64,000 nucleotides of DNA, taken from positions 95,793 to 159,792 of the forward strand of contig JADBJJ010000027.1 of NCBI GenBank assembly GCA_014874475.1, written 5' to 3'. This DNA comes from Chloroflexota bacterium. GTDB lineage: Bacteria > Chloroflexota > Anaerolineae > B4-G1 > DUEL01. Positions within the stretch are counted from its first letter, which is position 1; every line of letters begins with the position of its first letter. Below the pieces are notes generated by a model. That model was given only the letters and a program-made list of their open reading frames with translations. It made no database searches and had not been told where the DNA came from. Below are positions 26,999 to 36,673 of the stretch, one piece after another. The position numbers and the translations under genes were made by a program.

Positions 26999-28888
26999 TC
27001 ATTGTGGCTCCTCCCCGGTAAAGACCGGCGGGCGCTTTTCCAAGAACGCTCGCATGCCCTCCACGCGGTCTGGGGTCGCGTGGGCTTCCATCGCCCGCTC
27101 CAGTTCAAAGGCCAGCCCCTCCTCCAGTGGCAGTTGTTCCGCAGCAAGGATTGCCGCTTTCGCTTTGGCAATTGCAATTGGCGCCCGCGATGCGATGCGT
27201 TCCGCCATCTTGCGGGCTGTCTCCATCAACTGAGCCGGTGGGACAACCCGGTTGACCAAGCCTACCCGCGCGGCTTCCTCAGCGCTGATCAGGTCGCCAG
27301 TGAAGATGAGTTCCGATGCGACGCCGCGCCCCACCAGGCGCGTTGTCCGTTGGGTGCCGCCCAAACCCGGTATGATGCCCAGGCCCACTTCAGGCAGACC
27401 CATGCGCGCGGTGGACGAGGCGACGCGGATATCGCAGGCCAGCGCGAGTTCCAGCCCGCCGCCGAGGGCGAAGCCATTGATTGCGGCGATGACGGGCTGC
27501 GGAGAGGTCTCAATATCGCGCAGCACGCTTTGCCCGAGTTCAGTGAACGCGCGGATCGCAGCCGGGTCGTCTGCGATGGCCTGCATCTCTTTAATATCCG
27601 CGCCAGCGATGAACCCATCGCCCTCGCCGGTAATGATGACGACCCGCACCGCGCGGTTGGCGCGCACCTGCGCGAGCGCGTCCTTCAAATCGTTCAGTAC
27701 TTTGGTGTTGAGCGCATTCAGGGCTTCAGGACGGCTCATCAAAATGGTCGCAATCGGACCGTCAACGGTCAACCGCACGTAGCGCAGAGGCCAGGGCTGG
27801 CCGCTGGCCGCCTGCTTTTTGAGCAGATCGGGGACGAAACCAGGATACTTCTCCTCAACGATGTTCATTAACTCCATCACGCGGTCCCATCCCAGGTCAT
27901 CCATCATCGCAAACGGCCCTTTCGCCCAGCGCAGGCCGACCGTCGTGCCGCGATCCATGTCCTCAATCGTTGCTACGCCCTCTTCCACGACGCGCGCGGC
28001 CACCCCGCACACCACCGCCAGCAAACGGTCCGCGACGGCCTGCTTGCGGGCCGGGTCCACCTCGCCGGAGAGGTCCCACAACTGCCCGGCTTCGCAGAGT
28101 TCGCGCAGGGCCTTTGCCGGTGTGTAGAAGGGACCGACGGATTCGGATAGGGAGACTGCGGCATGGTACGCCAGAGGCACGCCCGAGATATTGATGAGTT
28201 TGAACGGCCCCATCGTGAGCCCGAAGGTCTCGCAGGCTGCCGCGTCAATCGTCGGAATGTTGGCCACGCCTTCGTCCAGCATACGGATAGATTCGTTGTA
28301 CCAGGCAATGAAAACGCGGTTGACGGCAAACCCTGGCGAGTCTGCGACGAGGATCGGCAATTTGCCGGTAAGGCGAGCGAAATTCATCAGCGTATCAATG
28401 ACCTCGGGGGCTGTCTCTTTTGCCTGGACGACCTCCAGCAGTTTATTGATGACCGGCGGGAAGAAATAATGCAACCCGGCAAAGAGAGGCGGGCGTCGGG
28501 TCAATGCGGCGAATTCCGCAACGCGGAATGACGACGTGTTGGTTGCGAAGATCGTCTCAGGCTTGCAGATTCGGTCCAGTTCGGTGAACAACTCTTTCTT
28601 CGCCTCGCGGTCCTCGGTGATGGCTTCAATGATAAGGTCGCAGTCCGCCAGGTCCGAGAGGTCTGTCGTCCCCCGGATGCGCGCCCATACCTCATCGCGA
28701 CGCTCCGGGGTCATCTTGCCCCGTTCCACGCCCTTCGCCATAAAGTCGCGAATCCGTTCCAGGCCCTTCTCCAGTAATTCCGGGGTCGGCTCGCGCACGA
28801 TGGTGAGGAATCCGCCCTCCGCGGCCGTCTGCGCGATGCCTGAGCCCATCAGCCCACAACCGACAACGCCAACTTTTTTGATTTGCAT
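26999..28888 (-). CDS. Bifunctional 3-hydroxyacyl-CoA dehydrogenase / enoyl-CoA hydratase (FadB/FadJ-like).
   Basis: 'KVGVVGCGLMGSGIA' is the NAD-binding motif. The C-terminus has the crotonase fold. AGGAGG lies before ATG 28888. Confidence 0.7.
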   Translation of the reverse strand: MQIKKVGVVGCGLMGSGIAQTAAEGGFLTIVREPTPELLEKGLERIRDFMAKGVERGKMTPERRDEVWARIRGTTDLSDLADCDLIIEAITEDREAKKELFTELDRICKPETIFATNTSSFRVAEFAALTRRPPLFAGLHYFFPPVINKLLEVVQAKETAPEVIDTLMNFARLTGKLPILVADSPGFAVNRVFIAWYNESIRMLDEGVANIPTIDAAACETFGLTMGPFKLINISGVPLAYHAAVSLSESVGPFYTPAKALRELCEAGQLWDLSGEVDPARKQAVADRLLAVVCGVAARVVEEGVATIEDMDRGTTVGLRWAKGPFAMMDDLGWDRVMELMNIVEEKYPGFVPDLLKKQAASGQPWPLRYVRLTVDGPIATILMSRPEALNALNTKVLNDLKDALAQVRANRAVRVVIITGEGDGFIAGADIKEMQAIADDPAAIRAFTELGQSVLRDIETSPQPVIAAINGFALGGGLELALACDIRVASSTARMGLPEVGLGIIPGLGGTQRTTRLVGRGVASELIFTGDLISAEEAARVGLVNRVVPPAQLMETARKMAERIASRAPIAIAKAKAAILAAEQLPLEEGLAFELERAMEAHATPDRVEGMRAFLEKRPPVFTGEEPQ

Positions 28889-29074
28889 GATGGACCTCCT
28901 GTTGTGTTGGTTTTGCATCACTGTTCAGCCCGATGGAAATCGCTCTCCATAGGCGCTTTGCGCCGGGTGTCGGCCTGCGCCGACACGTTCACCGGCACGG
29001 TGATAGACAGGTTGGCGAGGGCCAACCTTGTTCCAAACTGGGGATGGCTGTTTCGCGGTCTCCAACCTCTATGC

Positions 29075-30271
29075 CTAACCCACTCTGATGACCAGGGCTG
29101 CTCCGGAGTCGCCTGCCGCGCAACCGGTCACCAGGCCGTAACCGCCGCCTTTCATAACCAGTTCCTCTATCAATTCAATGGCCAATCTCATCGTGGTGGG
29201 GCCTTGGGGGTGTCCCCAAATCAGCGAGCAGCCGTAATTGTTGAATATTCTATCGTCAATCCCTAACTCCTTTCTCAGGACGATGTCGTTCACAGAGAAC
29301 GGGTTGTGGGACTTCACCGCTGTCAGGTCCGATGCCTTGATGCCTGCTCTTTCCAGAGCCCGCATAGCGGCCGGGACGGGTGCCTCCGGCATGTACGCTT
29401 TTTCGGCCCGCGCAAATCCATAGGAGACAATCCGAATGGTCACGGATGGGTCGGCAGAGAGTTCGCCCGCCTTCTCTTTCGTGGTGACGATCATCCCGGC
29501 ATTGCCGTCGGCCGGATGAGTCTGGGCGGCGTAGGTCAGGATGGAATCCGGGGAGACGGGCTTCAGCGACGCCAGGCCTTCAGGGGTACAGGGAATGATC
29601 CCTTCATCCTCTTCTACGACGATGGTTTCTTTCCTGGAAATCCTGACCTCCAGGGGAATCATGAAGCCCTTCTGAAACTTGCGGTCCTCTGTCAGTGCGT
29701 CCAGGTACTTGTGGTACCGGTCAAGGACCAGGGCGTCGGATTCTTCCCGGGTGATGCCGTATTTCCGGGCAACGTTGTTCGCTGTGCCCAGAGGGCTGGT
29801 ATCGGCGACAGGGTCCAGGTTGAACCCGTCGACCATCCAACTTTCATAGATAGGCTTTCCGCCGAGGCCCTGAGGGTTGGGCCAGATGATGTTCGGGCCG
29901 TTGGACGTTCGGTCAGCGGTGACCACCAGCAAGTTGGAGTTGCTTCCGGCCTCAATGGCAGACGCGCCGTAGTTGAGAGCGACCGTGGAGGTGGCGCATG
30001 CCTGGGAAATGCGGGGGCCGCTGATAGTGGGATTGCCGATCATCGTGGCCAGATAGGGGACGTCAAAAAACCACTGGGGCTGGGGGATGGTCGCGCCGTA
30101 GATGAGCCCGTCAAAGATGTCCGGCGAGAGCCCACGCAGTTCAAAAAAACGCTTTGCTGCGGCGGCGGCCAGTTCGGTGGCGTTCTGATTTTGTAGGGAG
30201 CCCTGCCAGCGGCAAAAAGGCGAGCACCAATACCCCTTATAGGGAATATACGCTTTTGTGTACATCGTCAT
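29075..30271 (-). CDS. Thiolase-family protein (acetyl-CoA C-acyltransferase-like).
   Basis: It has the thiolase fold, with the active-site Cys region 'SQACATS' and a C-terminal 'GCAAGDSGAALV'. Confidence 0.6.
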   Translation of the reverse strand: MTMYTKAYIPYKGYWCSPFCRWQGSLQNQNATELAAAAAKRFFELRGLSPDIFDGLIYGATIPQPQWFFDVPYLATMIGNPTISGPRISQACATSTVALNYGASAIEAGSNSNLLVVTADRTSNGPNIIWPNPQGLGGKPIYESWMVDGFNLDPVADTSPLGTANNVARKYGITREESDALVLDRYHKYLDALTEDRKFQKGFMIPLEVRISRKETIVVEEDEGIIPCTPEGLASLKPVSPDSILTYAAQTHPADGNAGMIVTTKEKAGELSADPSVTIRIVSYGFARAEKAYMPEAPVPAAMRALERAGIKASDLTAVKSHNPFSVNDIVLRKELGIDDRIFNNYGCSLIWGHPQGPTTMRLAIELIEELVMKGGGYGLVTGCAAGDSGAALVIRVG

Positions 30272-30316
30272 CTCCTTTCCAAAAGATTTTTCGCGGATAC
30301 CTTGGGCCGGAATTCT

Positions 30317-31648
30317 TTAAATCACACCGGCCTCCTTCAACTTCTTCAGTTTGCGGGGCCCGAAGCCCAGATATTTGAGGTAGATGTACTCATTGTCATA
30401 GCCCACAGGCCGGCAGACCCACTTCGTCCGAATGGGTGTCTCCGACAATTTGTATTGGGCCTGGGCAACGATGACCTCACCATACACAGGGTCCTGAACT
30501 GGGGTGAAGATCCCCCGGTCCAGCCAGTTCGGCTCGCGCATGGTCTCCTCAGGGGAACACACTGGTGCCACGACCGGGGTGATGGGTGCCAGGCGGCCCT
30601 TCTGGCCGTATTCCACAGCCATTCTCACCAGTTCTTCGGAGGTGTACTTGCTTGTCTCAGCGAAAACCCGCTCCGCCCATTTCAACTGTTCCTCTCTGGT
30701 TGAGAAGTCCGCCAAGTCTCTCCAGTCTGCAGCGCCCCACTCATCCCACTTTCCCAACATATCGGCAAATGCCTGCCACATCTCTAACCGGAGGCCGCCC
30801 AGGAAGACGGCACCGTCTCGGGTCGGGGCAAAGCAGTAGAGCCAGCCGCCTATATTCAGGTTGCCGAAGCGCTCACTCACGACTCCTGCCCCCTGATACC
30901 ACACTGCCGCCCAGTCCTCCAGGGAGGTGTAAGCCTCTACGGCCGAGACGTCCAGTGCCTGCCCCTCTCTGGTCAGTTCTCTCCAGTGCAGAGCCGCCAG
31001 GATGCCGACGGCCATATACGTCCCCGCCACGACCCAACCGATCCAGGGGCCGGCCTTGGTGGGAACAGCCCACGGACACTCATCATAGGTCTTGCCCTCT
31101 GGCAACATCTCGCCATTATCGTACTGGTTCCCCGATATGGCCTGAATGATGTTATCATAGCCCGGCATCCGGCTATGGCTTCGGGGCCCAAACTGTCCAA
31201 ATAGCGTGATAGAGGCGTAAATCAACCGGGGGTTAATCTCTTTGAGTCTCTCGTAGCCGATACCCCATTCATCCATCAGTCCTGGTCGGAACGTCTCTAT
31301 GAGTACGTCTGATTGAGCGACAAGACTCTTGAGAATATCTCTGGCCTCCGGTTTCTCCAGATTCAGGGTAATGTGGAACTTATTTCTGCCCTCGGACAGG
31401 TAATTGAGTCCCTCGCCCCTGTACAGGATTCCGTAGGGGGTGCACTTCCGAATGAAATCGCCCCCTGGCGGTTCTGCTCTCAGAACTTCCGCGCCAAACT
31501 CGGCCAGGAGGGAAGAGCAGTAACAGCCCGCAAAGGACTTGTAACTCAGGTCCAGAACGGTGATATCATCCAGTGCCTCGGGTTTGGTGGATGCAATTCG
31601 GGGATCATCCCGCTCCCTGATCCAATCCTGCCACCGTTGTTTTTCCAT
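30317..31648 (-). CDS. CoA-transferase family III (CaiB/BaiF type).
   Basis: 'ITVLDLSYKSFAGCYCSSLLAEFGAEV' is the motif. GAGGAGG lies before ATG 31648. Confidence 0.65.
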   Translation of the reverse strand: MEKQRWQDWIRERDDPRIASTKPEALDDITVLDLSYKSFAGCYCSSLLAEFGAEVLRAEPPGGDFIRKCTPYGILYRGEGLNYLSEGRNKFHITLNLEKPEARDILKSLVAQSDVLIETFRPGLMDEWGIGYERLKEINPRLIYASITLFGQFGPRSHSRMPGYDNIIQAISGNQYDNGEMLPEGKTYDECPWAVPTKAGPWIGWVVAGTYMAVGILAALHWRELTREGQALDVSAVEAYTSLEDWAAVWYQGAGVVSERFGNLNIGGWLYCFAPTRDGAVFLGGLRLEMWQAFADMLGKWDEWGAADWRDLADFSTREEQLKWAERVFAETSKYTSEELVRMAVEYGQKGRLAPITPVVAPVCSPEETMREPNWLDRGIFTPVQDPVYGEVIVAQAQYKLSETPIRTKWVCRPVGYDNEYIYLKYLGFGPRKLKKLKEAGVI

Positions 31649-31665
31649 ATGCCCTCCTCGTACTC

Positions 31666-33000
31666 TCATTCTCTGGATAGAATCAGGCCGGCTTTGCCGT
31701 CCCAGTCTGGGGGGGGTCGGCGACCGCGCACCTGAGCCCATTTGCCCAATGCACCACACTGGTACAATTGCCGGATCTCGTCTTCGCTCTTGCCCAGGAT
31801 ATATTTCATGACGTATTCGTTATCAAAACCTACCGGCCTGACAGACCATCTGACCCTCGGTGAAGTCCTGGACATCATTACCGGGAATTCGTAGTCCAGA
31901 AACTCACCGAGGAGGGGGTCGTCCACTTCCGCCAAAAATCCACGGGCCCGGGAATGTTCGCTTTCAACGACGTCCTTAATAGAGTAGACACGGGATGCTG
32001 CGAAACCGTACTCTTCCGCCAGACGCTCAATCTCCTCAGCGGTCCTGGTCCGGGCCCATTCGGCGATGATCTGGAGAATCTCCAACGCGTTTTCTTCCTG
32101 TAACCGGGTCAGGTGGTCCGCGAATCTGGGGTCTTCAGCCAGTTCCGGCCTGCCCATTGCCAGACACAGGCCTCTGAACTCCTCTTCATCCGGGGCGGCA
32201 ATCGCCACAAACGTATCGTCCGCGCAGCGGAATGTGTCGGCCGGGCATATGGATACGTCCCGATTCCCCGCCGGCTCGGCACCCTGGCCCGTAATCTGCT
32301 GATAAGGCCAGACCCATGACATAGTCCGCATAATCGCTTCGGACTGGGATAATTCAATGTACTGCCCCTTCCCGGTTCGATCCCGATAATAGAGAGCCGC
32401 CAGAACTGCTACCTCACCCAGCAATGCGCCGTAACTATCGCAAACGTACAGGCGGTTCTTCAGCGGAGGCCGTCCGGGGAAACGGGAAATCCATGCGTAC
32501 CCGGACATCCCCTGAGCCGCGCCATCGTTGCTGGGCCGGTTCTCTTCGGCGTACTGACCCCATTGACCAAAACCGGTCTTTGAGATGTAGATGATACCCG
32601 GATTGATCGCTGAGATTTGCCGATAGCCAACATTCCACCGCTCCATTACGCCGGGTCTCAGGTTCTCTTCTATGATATCCGCCTTTGCAGCCAGTTCCAG
32701 AAATAGTTGCTGGCCTTCGGGTTTGTGTAAATCCAGGCCGACCCAGTACTTGTTGGGGTTGGGGCGGATCAACGATGTGCTCTGGTCTTTGAAAAAGTAA
32801 CTGAAGGGCGCCATACTGCGCAGAGTATCTCCCATAGGGGGCACTTCGCACTTGATGACTTCGGCACCCAGCCTGGCCAGGAAGCCCGGGCCGGAGGGCC
32901 CCAGCACGAGGGTACACACTTCCAGCACCCGGATGCCCTTCAGCGGTAGCGGTTTAGAAAATTTGGTTTCTTTATAACTCTCCCACGAGTATTCCGCCAT
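31666..33000 (-). CDS. CoA-transferase family III (CaiB/BaiF type), paralog of the preceding gene.
   Basis: 'IRVLEVCTLVLGPSGPGFLARLGAEV' is the motif. It is in tandem with its paralog. Confidence 0.65.
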   Translation of the reverse strand: MAEYSWESYKETKFSKPLPLKGIRVLEVCTLVLGPSGPGFLARLGAEVIKCEVPPMGDTLRSMAPFSYFFKDQSTSLIRPNPNKYWVGLDLHKPEGQQLFLELAAKADIIEENLRPGVMERWNVGYRQISAINPGIIYISKTGFGQWGQYAEENRPSNDGAAQGMSGYAWISRFPGRPPLKNRLYVCDSYGALLGEVAVLAALYYRDRTGKGQYIELSQSEAIMRTMSWVWPYQQITGQGAEPAGNRDVSICPADTFRCADDTFVAIAAPDEEEFRGLCLAMGRPELAEDPRFADHLTRLQEENALEILQIIAEWARTRTAEEIERLAEEYGFAASRVYSIKDVVESEHSRARGFLAEVDDPLLGEFLDYEFPVMMSRTSPRVRWSVRPVGFDNEYVMKYILGKSEDEIRQLYQCGALGKWAQVRGRRPPPDWDGKAGLILSRE

Positions 33001-33159
33001 AATAACGCAACCTCCGCTTGTAGTTTTTGGACCTTTCTAATCGCAGAGCACAGAGAGCCCAGAGAAAATCTGCAGGGGGCAAAATTACACTTTGGGCTAT
33101 CCACGCAGCCGTTGGCCCCGTATCCCCGTTATCCTCTTCTCCCTACCGCTTCGCGGCGA

Positions 33160-33480
33160 GGGAGAGAGATGAAAGAGGGATTTTCCGCTCCCGCTGCCGG
33201 GGCGAGCGGGAGAGGGAAAGGGCTGGGGGTGGGGTGGGGGCCATAGCCCAGGCAAGCGCAGTGCGGATTTTGTCTTGATGCGAAATATCATGAGACTCTC
33301 TGCGTCCCCTGCATTCTCTACGGTAAGTCCCGTTGAACCGTCCAGTAGAAAAATCGTGGTGCTCCAACCTCTGGCACAATGCACTTATCCGCATTTCATC
33401 CAGAAGGACAAATAGACTCTCCTTCTCTCTGTCCCCTGCGGGGGGGACAGGGGCAAGGGGGATAAGGGGTAAAAGCCCGA
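33160..33480 (+). repeat. Intergenic G-rich block with G-quadruplex-type motifs (GGGAGAGGGAAAGGGCTGGGGGTGGGGTGGGGG; GGGGGGGACAGGGGCAAGGGGGATAAGGGG) and short GC hairpins.
   Basis: There are four or more G-tracts of at least 3 G with short loops. Similar motifs recur at 62610-62640 and 63650-63700. Confidence 0.4.
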
Positions 33481-33569
33481 GGAGCGGAAGGCCATCGCCG
33501 AAGCAAGAGGGTCCGGGGTTTGGGGGTAGCGGCTTTGCTGCCGTCCCCAAACCTGCCCACCGACAGACT

Positions 33570-34358
33570 TCATATCGGCTGCCGATCGGGTGGATAGAAG
33601 GCCACCGACAATTTCCGGATGATCGCACCGGCGGGTGTATTGTGGATGCTCCCGTCTTCACCGATGGCAAAGAACTTGCCTGTGCTTCTCATCTGGTCCC
33701 AGTTGTAGAAGAACACAGTGGAGACCGGCAGGCCGAACTCTCGGAAAGCGAAGATGTACTGGTTGTCGTCAAATTTGTAGATAGTGGACATATCCACATC
33801 CGCCTGGCCGCGCAGCGGGCCGACGATGCAGTGCCAGGCATACCGCTCCGAATTCAGGTAGATGTGCTCAAAACACTGGGTGGGGCTGTAGTCATAAAGT
33901 CCCCGCAGGCCAATGAGGTCCCGGGTGGGGGCCGGTTTTCGCCCTGTCGGCGGAACGGTGGGGTCGCCGAGTACGCCGGGGGAGAACTCGTGAGCCGCGC
34001 GAGGCTCCCTGCCCACGTCACCGTCTCGCATGATCGTGCGAATTCCCAGCACCTGCCGCGTTTGAACGTTGACGATGAAGGTCTGCGACTCGCGGGGTTT
34101 CTGGACAAATGTCATATCAATAAAATAGGTGTTCGGTGCCACTTCTATCACTTCACACCAGTCCGTGCCGGACTCGCCGTTGCTTTGCCAGATAACCTTG
34201 TTGGGCTCCACGAACTGGAGTTTAAAGGTCGTTCCCGAATCCAGGGTAATCTGGAACGTCTGACCTACCAGTGCAGAGGTCGGAGGGAGACGATAGGCGG
34301 CCACTTCCGACGCGTAGTCCTCATACTTGTAATTGGTGGTTCCCTCTTGTTGTGGCAT
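33570..34358 (-). CDS. Hypothetical two-domain beta-rich protein (possibly MoaF-like).
   Basis: AAGGAGA lies before ATG 34358. There is no clear catalytic motif. It is co-oriented with the SDR gene upstream. Confidence 0.3.
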   Translation of the reverse strand: MPQQEGTTNYKYEDYASEVAAYRLPPTSALVGQTFQITLDSGTTFKLQFVEPNKVIWQSNGESGTDWCEVIEVAPNTYFIDMTFVQKPRESQTFIVNVQTRQVLGIRTIMRDGDVGREPRAAHEFSPGVLGDPTVPPTGRKPAPTRDLIGLRGLYDYSPTQCFEHIYLNSERYAWHCIVGPLRGQADVDMSTIYKFDDNQYIFAFREFGLPVSTVFFYNWDQMRSTGKFFAIGEDGSIHNTPAGAIIRKLSVAFYPPDRQPI

Positions 34359-34408
34359 GGGTCTCCTTATGCGAAAGGTGCGGGTTGGTCTGAGCGACTG
34401 TTGCTTTC

Positions 34409-35230
34409 TCACACCCCCCACTTCACACCGACAGTGGTCAATGCGGCGCCCGCCACATCCACAATCGCGGCGCCTCCGTCAACCAGGAAAACGGCTCCGG
34501 TCACAAAGGAGGAATCATCGCTAGCGAGATAACTGCAAATGCCAGCAATCTCTTGGGGATATGCTGTTCGCCTCAGCGGAACCATGGCAGAGATGCGGGT
34601 GAAGACGTCATCCAGGTTCGTCCCGAGCGCTTCTGCAAGGGGAGTCAGCGACTTTTCCAGCATAGCCGTCCGGGTGCCGCCCGGGCAGACGGCATTGCAG
34701 CGGATGTTGAGCGGCCCGAAATCCAACGCCACCTGTTGGGTGAGCATAATGAGTCCCGCCTTGGACGTGCAATAGGCCGGCATGCCAGGGAGACAACGCA
34801 ACCCTCCCAGAGAAGCGATGTTAATAATAGAGCCACCACCCGCTTCAATCATATGCGGTATGGATACCTTCATCAGGTACATAGGGCCGGTGAGGTTAGT
34901 CTCAAGGACTCTATGCCAAAGTTCCGGATCGATGTCCACGACGGTCGTGCCGCCCGGATCAATGGCTGCGTTGTTCACCACCACGTCCAGTTTACCGGTG
35001 AATCCGAGTGCCGTATTTACCATGCGTCGGACGTCCTCCAGGTTGGTGACATCTCCGGCGCACGTCACAACGGTTCCCGCCGGCAACGATTGGGCCACCC
35101 GGTCCAGCATCTCCTGGCGGCGGCCGGTGATGCAGATTCTGGCCCCATCTGCGACGAACCGCTCGGCGATAGCAGCCCCGATGCCAGTTCCCGCTCCGGT
35201 AATGAGAGCGACCTTGCCATGTAATCTCAT
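34409..35230 (-). CDS. Short-chain dehydrogenase/reductase (SDR).
   Basis: 'KVALITGAGTGIGAAIA' is the motif; the catalytic motif is 'YCTSKAG'. Confidence 0.75.
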   Translation of the reverse strand: MRLHGKVALITGAGTGIGAAIAERFVADGARICITGRRQEMLDRVAQSLPAGTVVTCAGDVTNLEDVRRMVNTALGFTGKLDVVVNNAAIDPGGTTVVDIDPELWHRVLETNLTGPMYLMKVSIPHMIEAGGGSIINIASLGGLRCLPGMPAYCTSKAGLIMLTQQVALDFGPLNIRCNAVCPGGTRTAMLEKSLTPLAEALGTNLDDVFTRISAMVPLRRTAYPQEIAGICSYLASDDSSFVTGAVFLVDGGAAIVDVAGAALTTVGVKWGV

Positions 35231-35250
35231 CTTTTGCCCCTTTGGACGGG

Positions 35251-35949
35251 TTACATCCCCAGATAGGCTCGCCGGATGTGGTCACTTTCCAGCAATTCCG
35301 TGCATTCTCCTTCCATACAGATGCGGCCATTCTCCAGGACATACGCTCGGTCGGCGATCTCCAGAGCACGCCGGACGTTCTGCTCCACCAGCAGAACTGT
35401 TACCCCCTGCTCACGAATCTTCTGCACAATCTCAAAGATTTCTCTCACCATCAGCGGGGCCAGACCATATGAGGGCTCGTCAAACAGGCACAATCGGGGC
35501 CTGGACATCAAGGCCCGGGCGATGGCCAGCATCTGGCGCTCACCGCCGCTCAGCGTCCGGGCCAGTTGCCGTTCCCTTTCCTTCAGCCGTGGGAACAACT
35601 GGTAGACATACGCCAATGCCTCTTTCCGGCGCTCCCAGGCATAATATGCGCCCATCTCCAGGTTTTCCCGCACGTTCATATCGGGGAACACCCGTCCGCT
35701 TTCGGGCACCACGGAAATTCCCTGTTCCGCGATGGCATAAGAGGGCAGGCCGTCTATGCGCCGGCCCAGAAAAGTCACGCTACCGGAGGTGGGACGCACC
35801 AGGCCCAGGATTGAGTTCAGGAGGGTTGTCTTGCCAGCGCCGTTAGGCCCCACAATGGCGACGATTTCCCCTTCTTGGACCTGGAGGGATACACCCCACA
35901 ATACCTGTATCTTGCCGTAGAAAGTTTTGAGATCCTGGACTTCCAGCAT
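35251..35949 (-). CDS. livF: Branched-chain-amino-acid-type ABC transporter ATPase (LivF-like).
   Basis: Walker A is GPNGAGKTT. 'LSGGERQMLAIARAL' is the signature motif. Confidence 0.7.
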   Translation of the reverse strand: MLEVQDLKTFYGKIQVLWGVSLQVQEGEIVAIVGPNGAGKTTLLNSILGLVRPTSGSVTFLGRRIDGLPSYAIAEQGISVVPESGRVFPDMNVRENLEMGAYYAWERRKEALAYVYQLFPRLKERERQLARTLSGGERQMLAIARALMSRPRLCLFDEPSYGLAPLMVREIFEIVQKIREQGVTVLLVEQNVRRALEIADRAYVLENGRICMEGECTELLESDHIRRAYLGM

Positions 35950-35953
35950 AGGG

Positions 35954-36673
35954 TTATTCTCCCAGGTAGACCTCAATGACGGTTCTGCTGGTGGCAATCT
36001 CCTGTGGCGTCCCTTCGGCGATCTTCTCGCCGTGGTGGAGTACCATAATGCGGCCGCACACGCCCATAATGGCTGTCATCACGTGCTCCACCATAAAAAT
36101 GGTAATCCCCTGCTCCCGGATCCGGTTCACCAGTTCCATCGCCTGAGCTACTTCAGTGGGGTTCAGTCCAGCCATCAATTCATCCAGTAACAGGAGTTCG
36201 GGACCGGTAGCCAGCGCTCTGGCGACTTCCAGCCGTTTCTGGTTCGCCAGGGTCAGACTCCGGGCCGGCAAACCTTTCACAGCCGATAGCCCCACAAAAT
36301 CCAGCCACTTCTCCGCTTGCTCCAGCGCTTGTCCCCTTCCGTGACCATCGGACTTCCCGAACAGTACCCCCATCAGCACATTTTCCAGAACGGACATGTT
36401 GGGGAAAACCCTGACCAGTTGAAAGGTTCTGGCGATCCCCTTTCTACAGATCGCATGGGGCTTCAGGTTGGTGATATTTTCACCTTTGAACCAGATGGTT
36501 CCCGATTGGGAGACCAGAGCGCCTGAGATCAGGTTGAATAGAGTGGTTTTGCCGGCTCCATTGGGGCCGATCAGGCCCACCACCTCTCCCTGTTCCACAT
36601 AAAAATCTACATTTAGGACGGCGGCAAGCCCCCCGAAATACTTTGTCACTCCCTTTCCTTCAAGCAAGGGCAT
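35954..36673 (-). CDS. livG: ABC transporter ATPase (LivG-like).
   Basis: Walker A is GPNGAGKTT. A LivG-type C-terminus is present. Confidence 0.7.
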   Translation of the reverse strand: MPLLEGKGVTKYFGGLAAVLNVDFYVEQGEVVGLIGPNGAGKTTLFNLISGALVSQSGTIWFKGENITNLKPHAICRKGIARTFQLVRVFPNMSVLENVLMGVLFGKSDGHGRGQALEQAEKWLDFVGLSAVKGLPARSLTLANQKRLEVARALATGPELLLLDELMAGLNPTEVAQAMELVNRIREQGITIFMVEHVMTAIMGVCGRIMVLHHGEKIAEGTPQEIATSRTVIEVYLGE

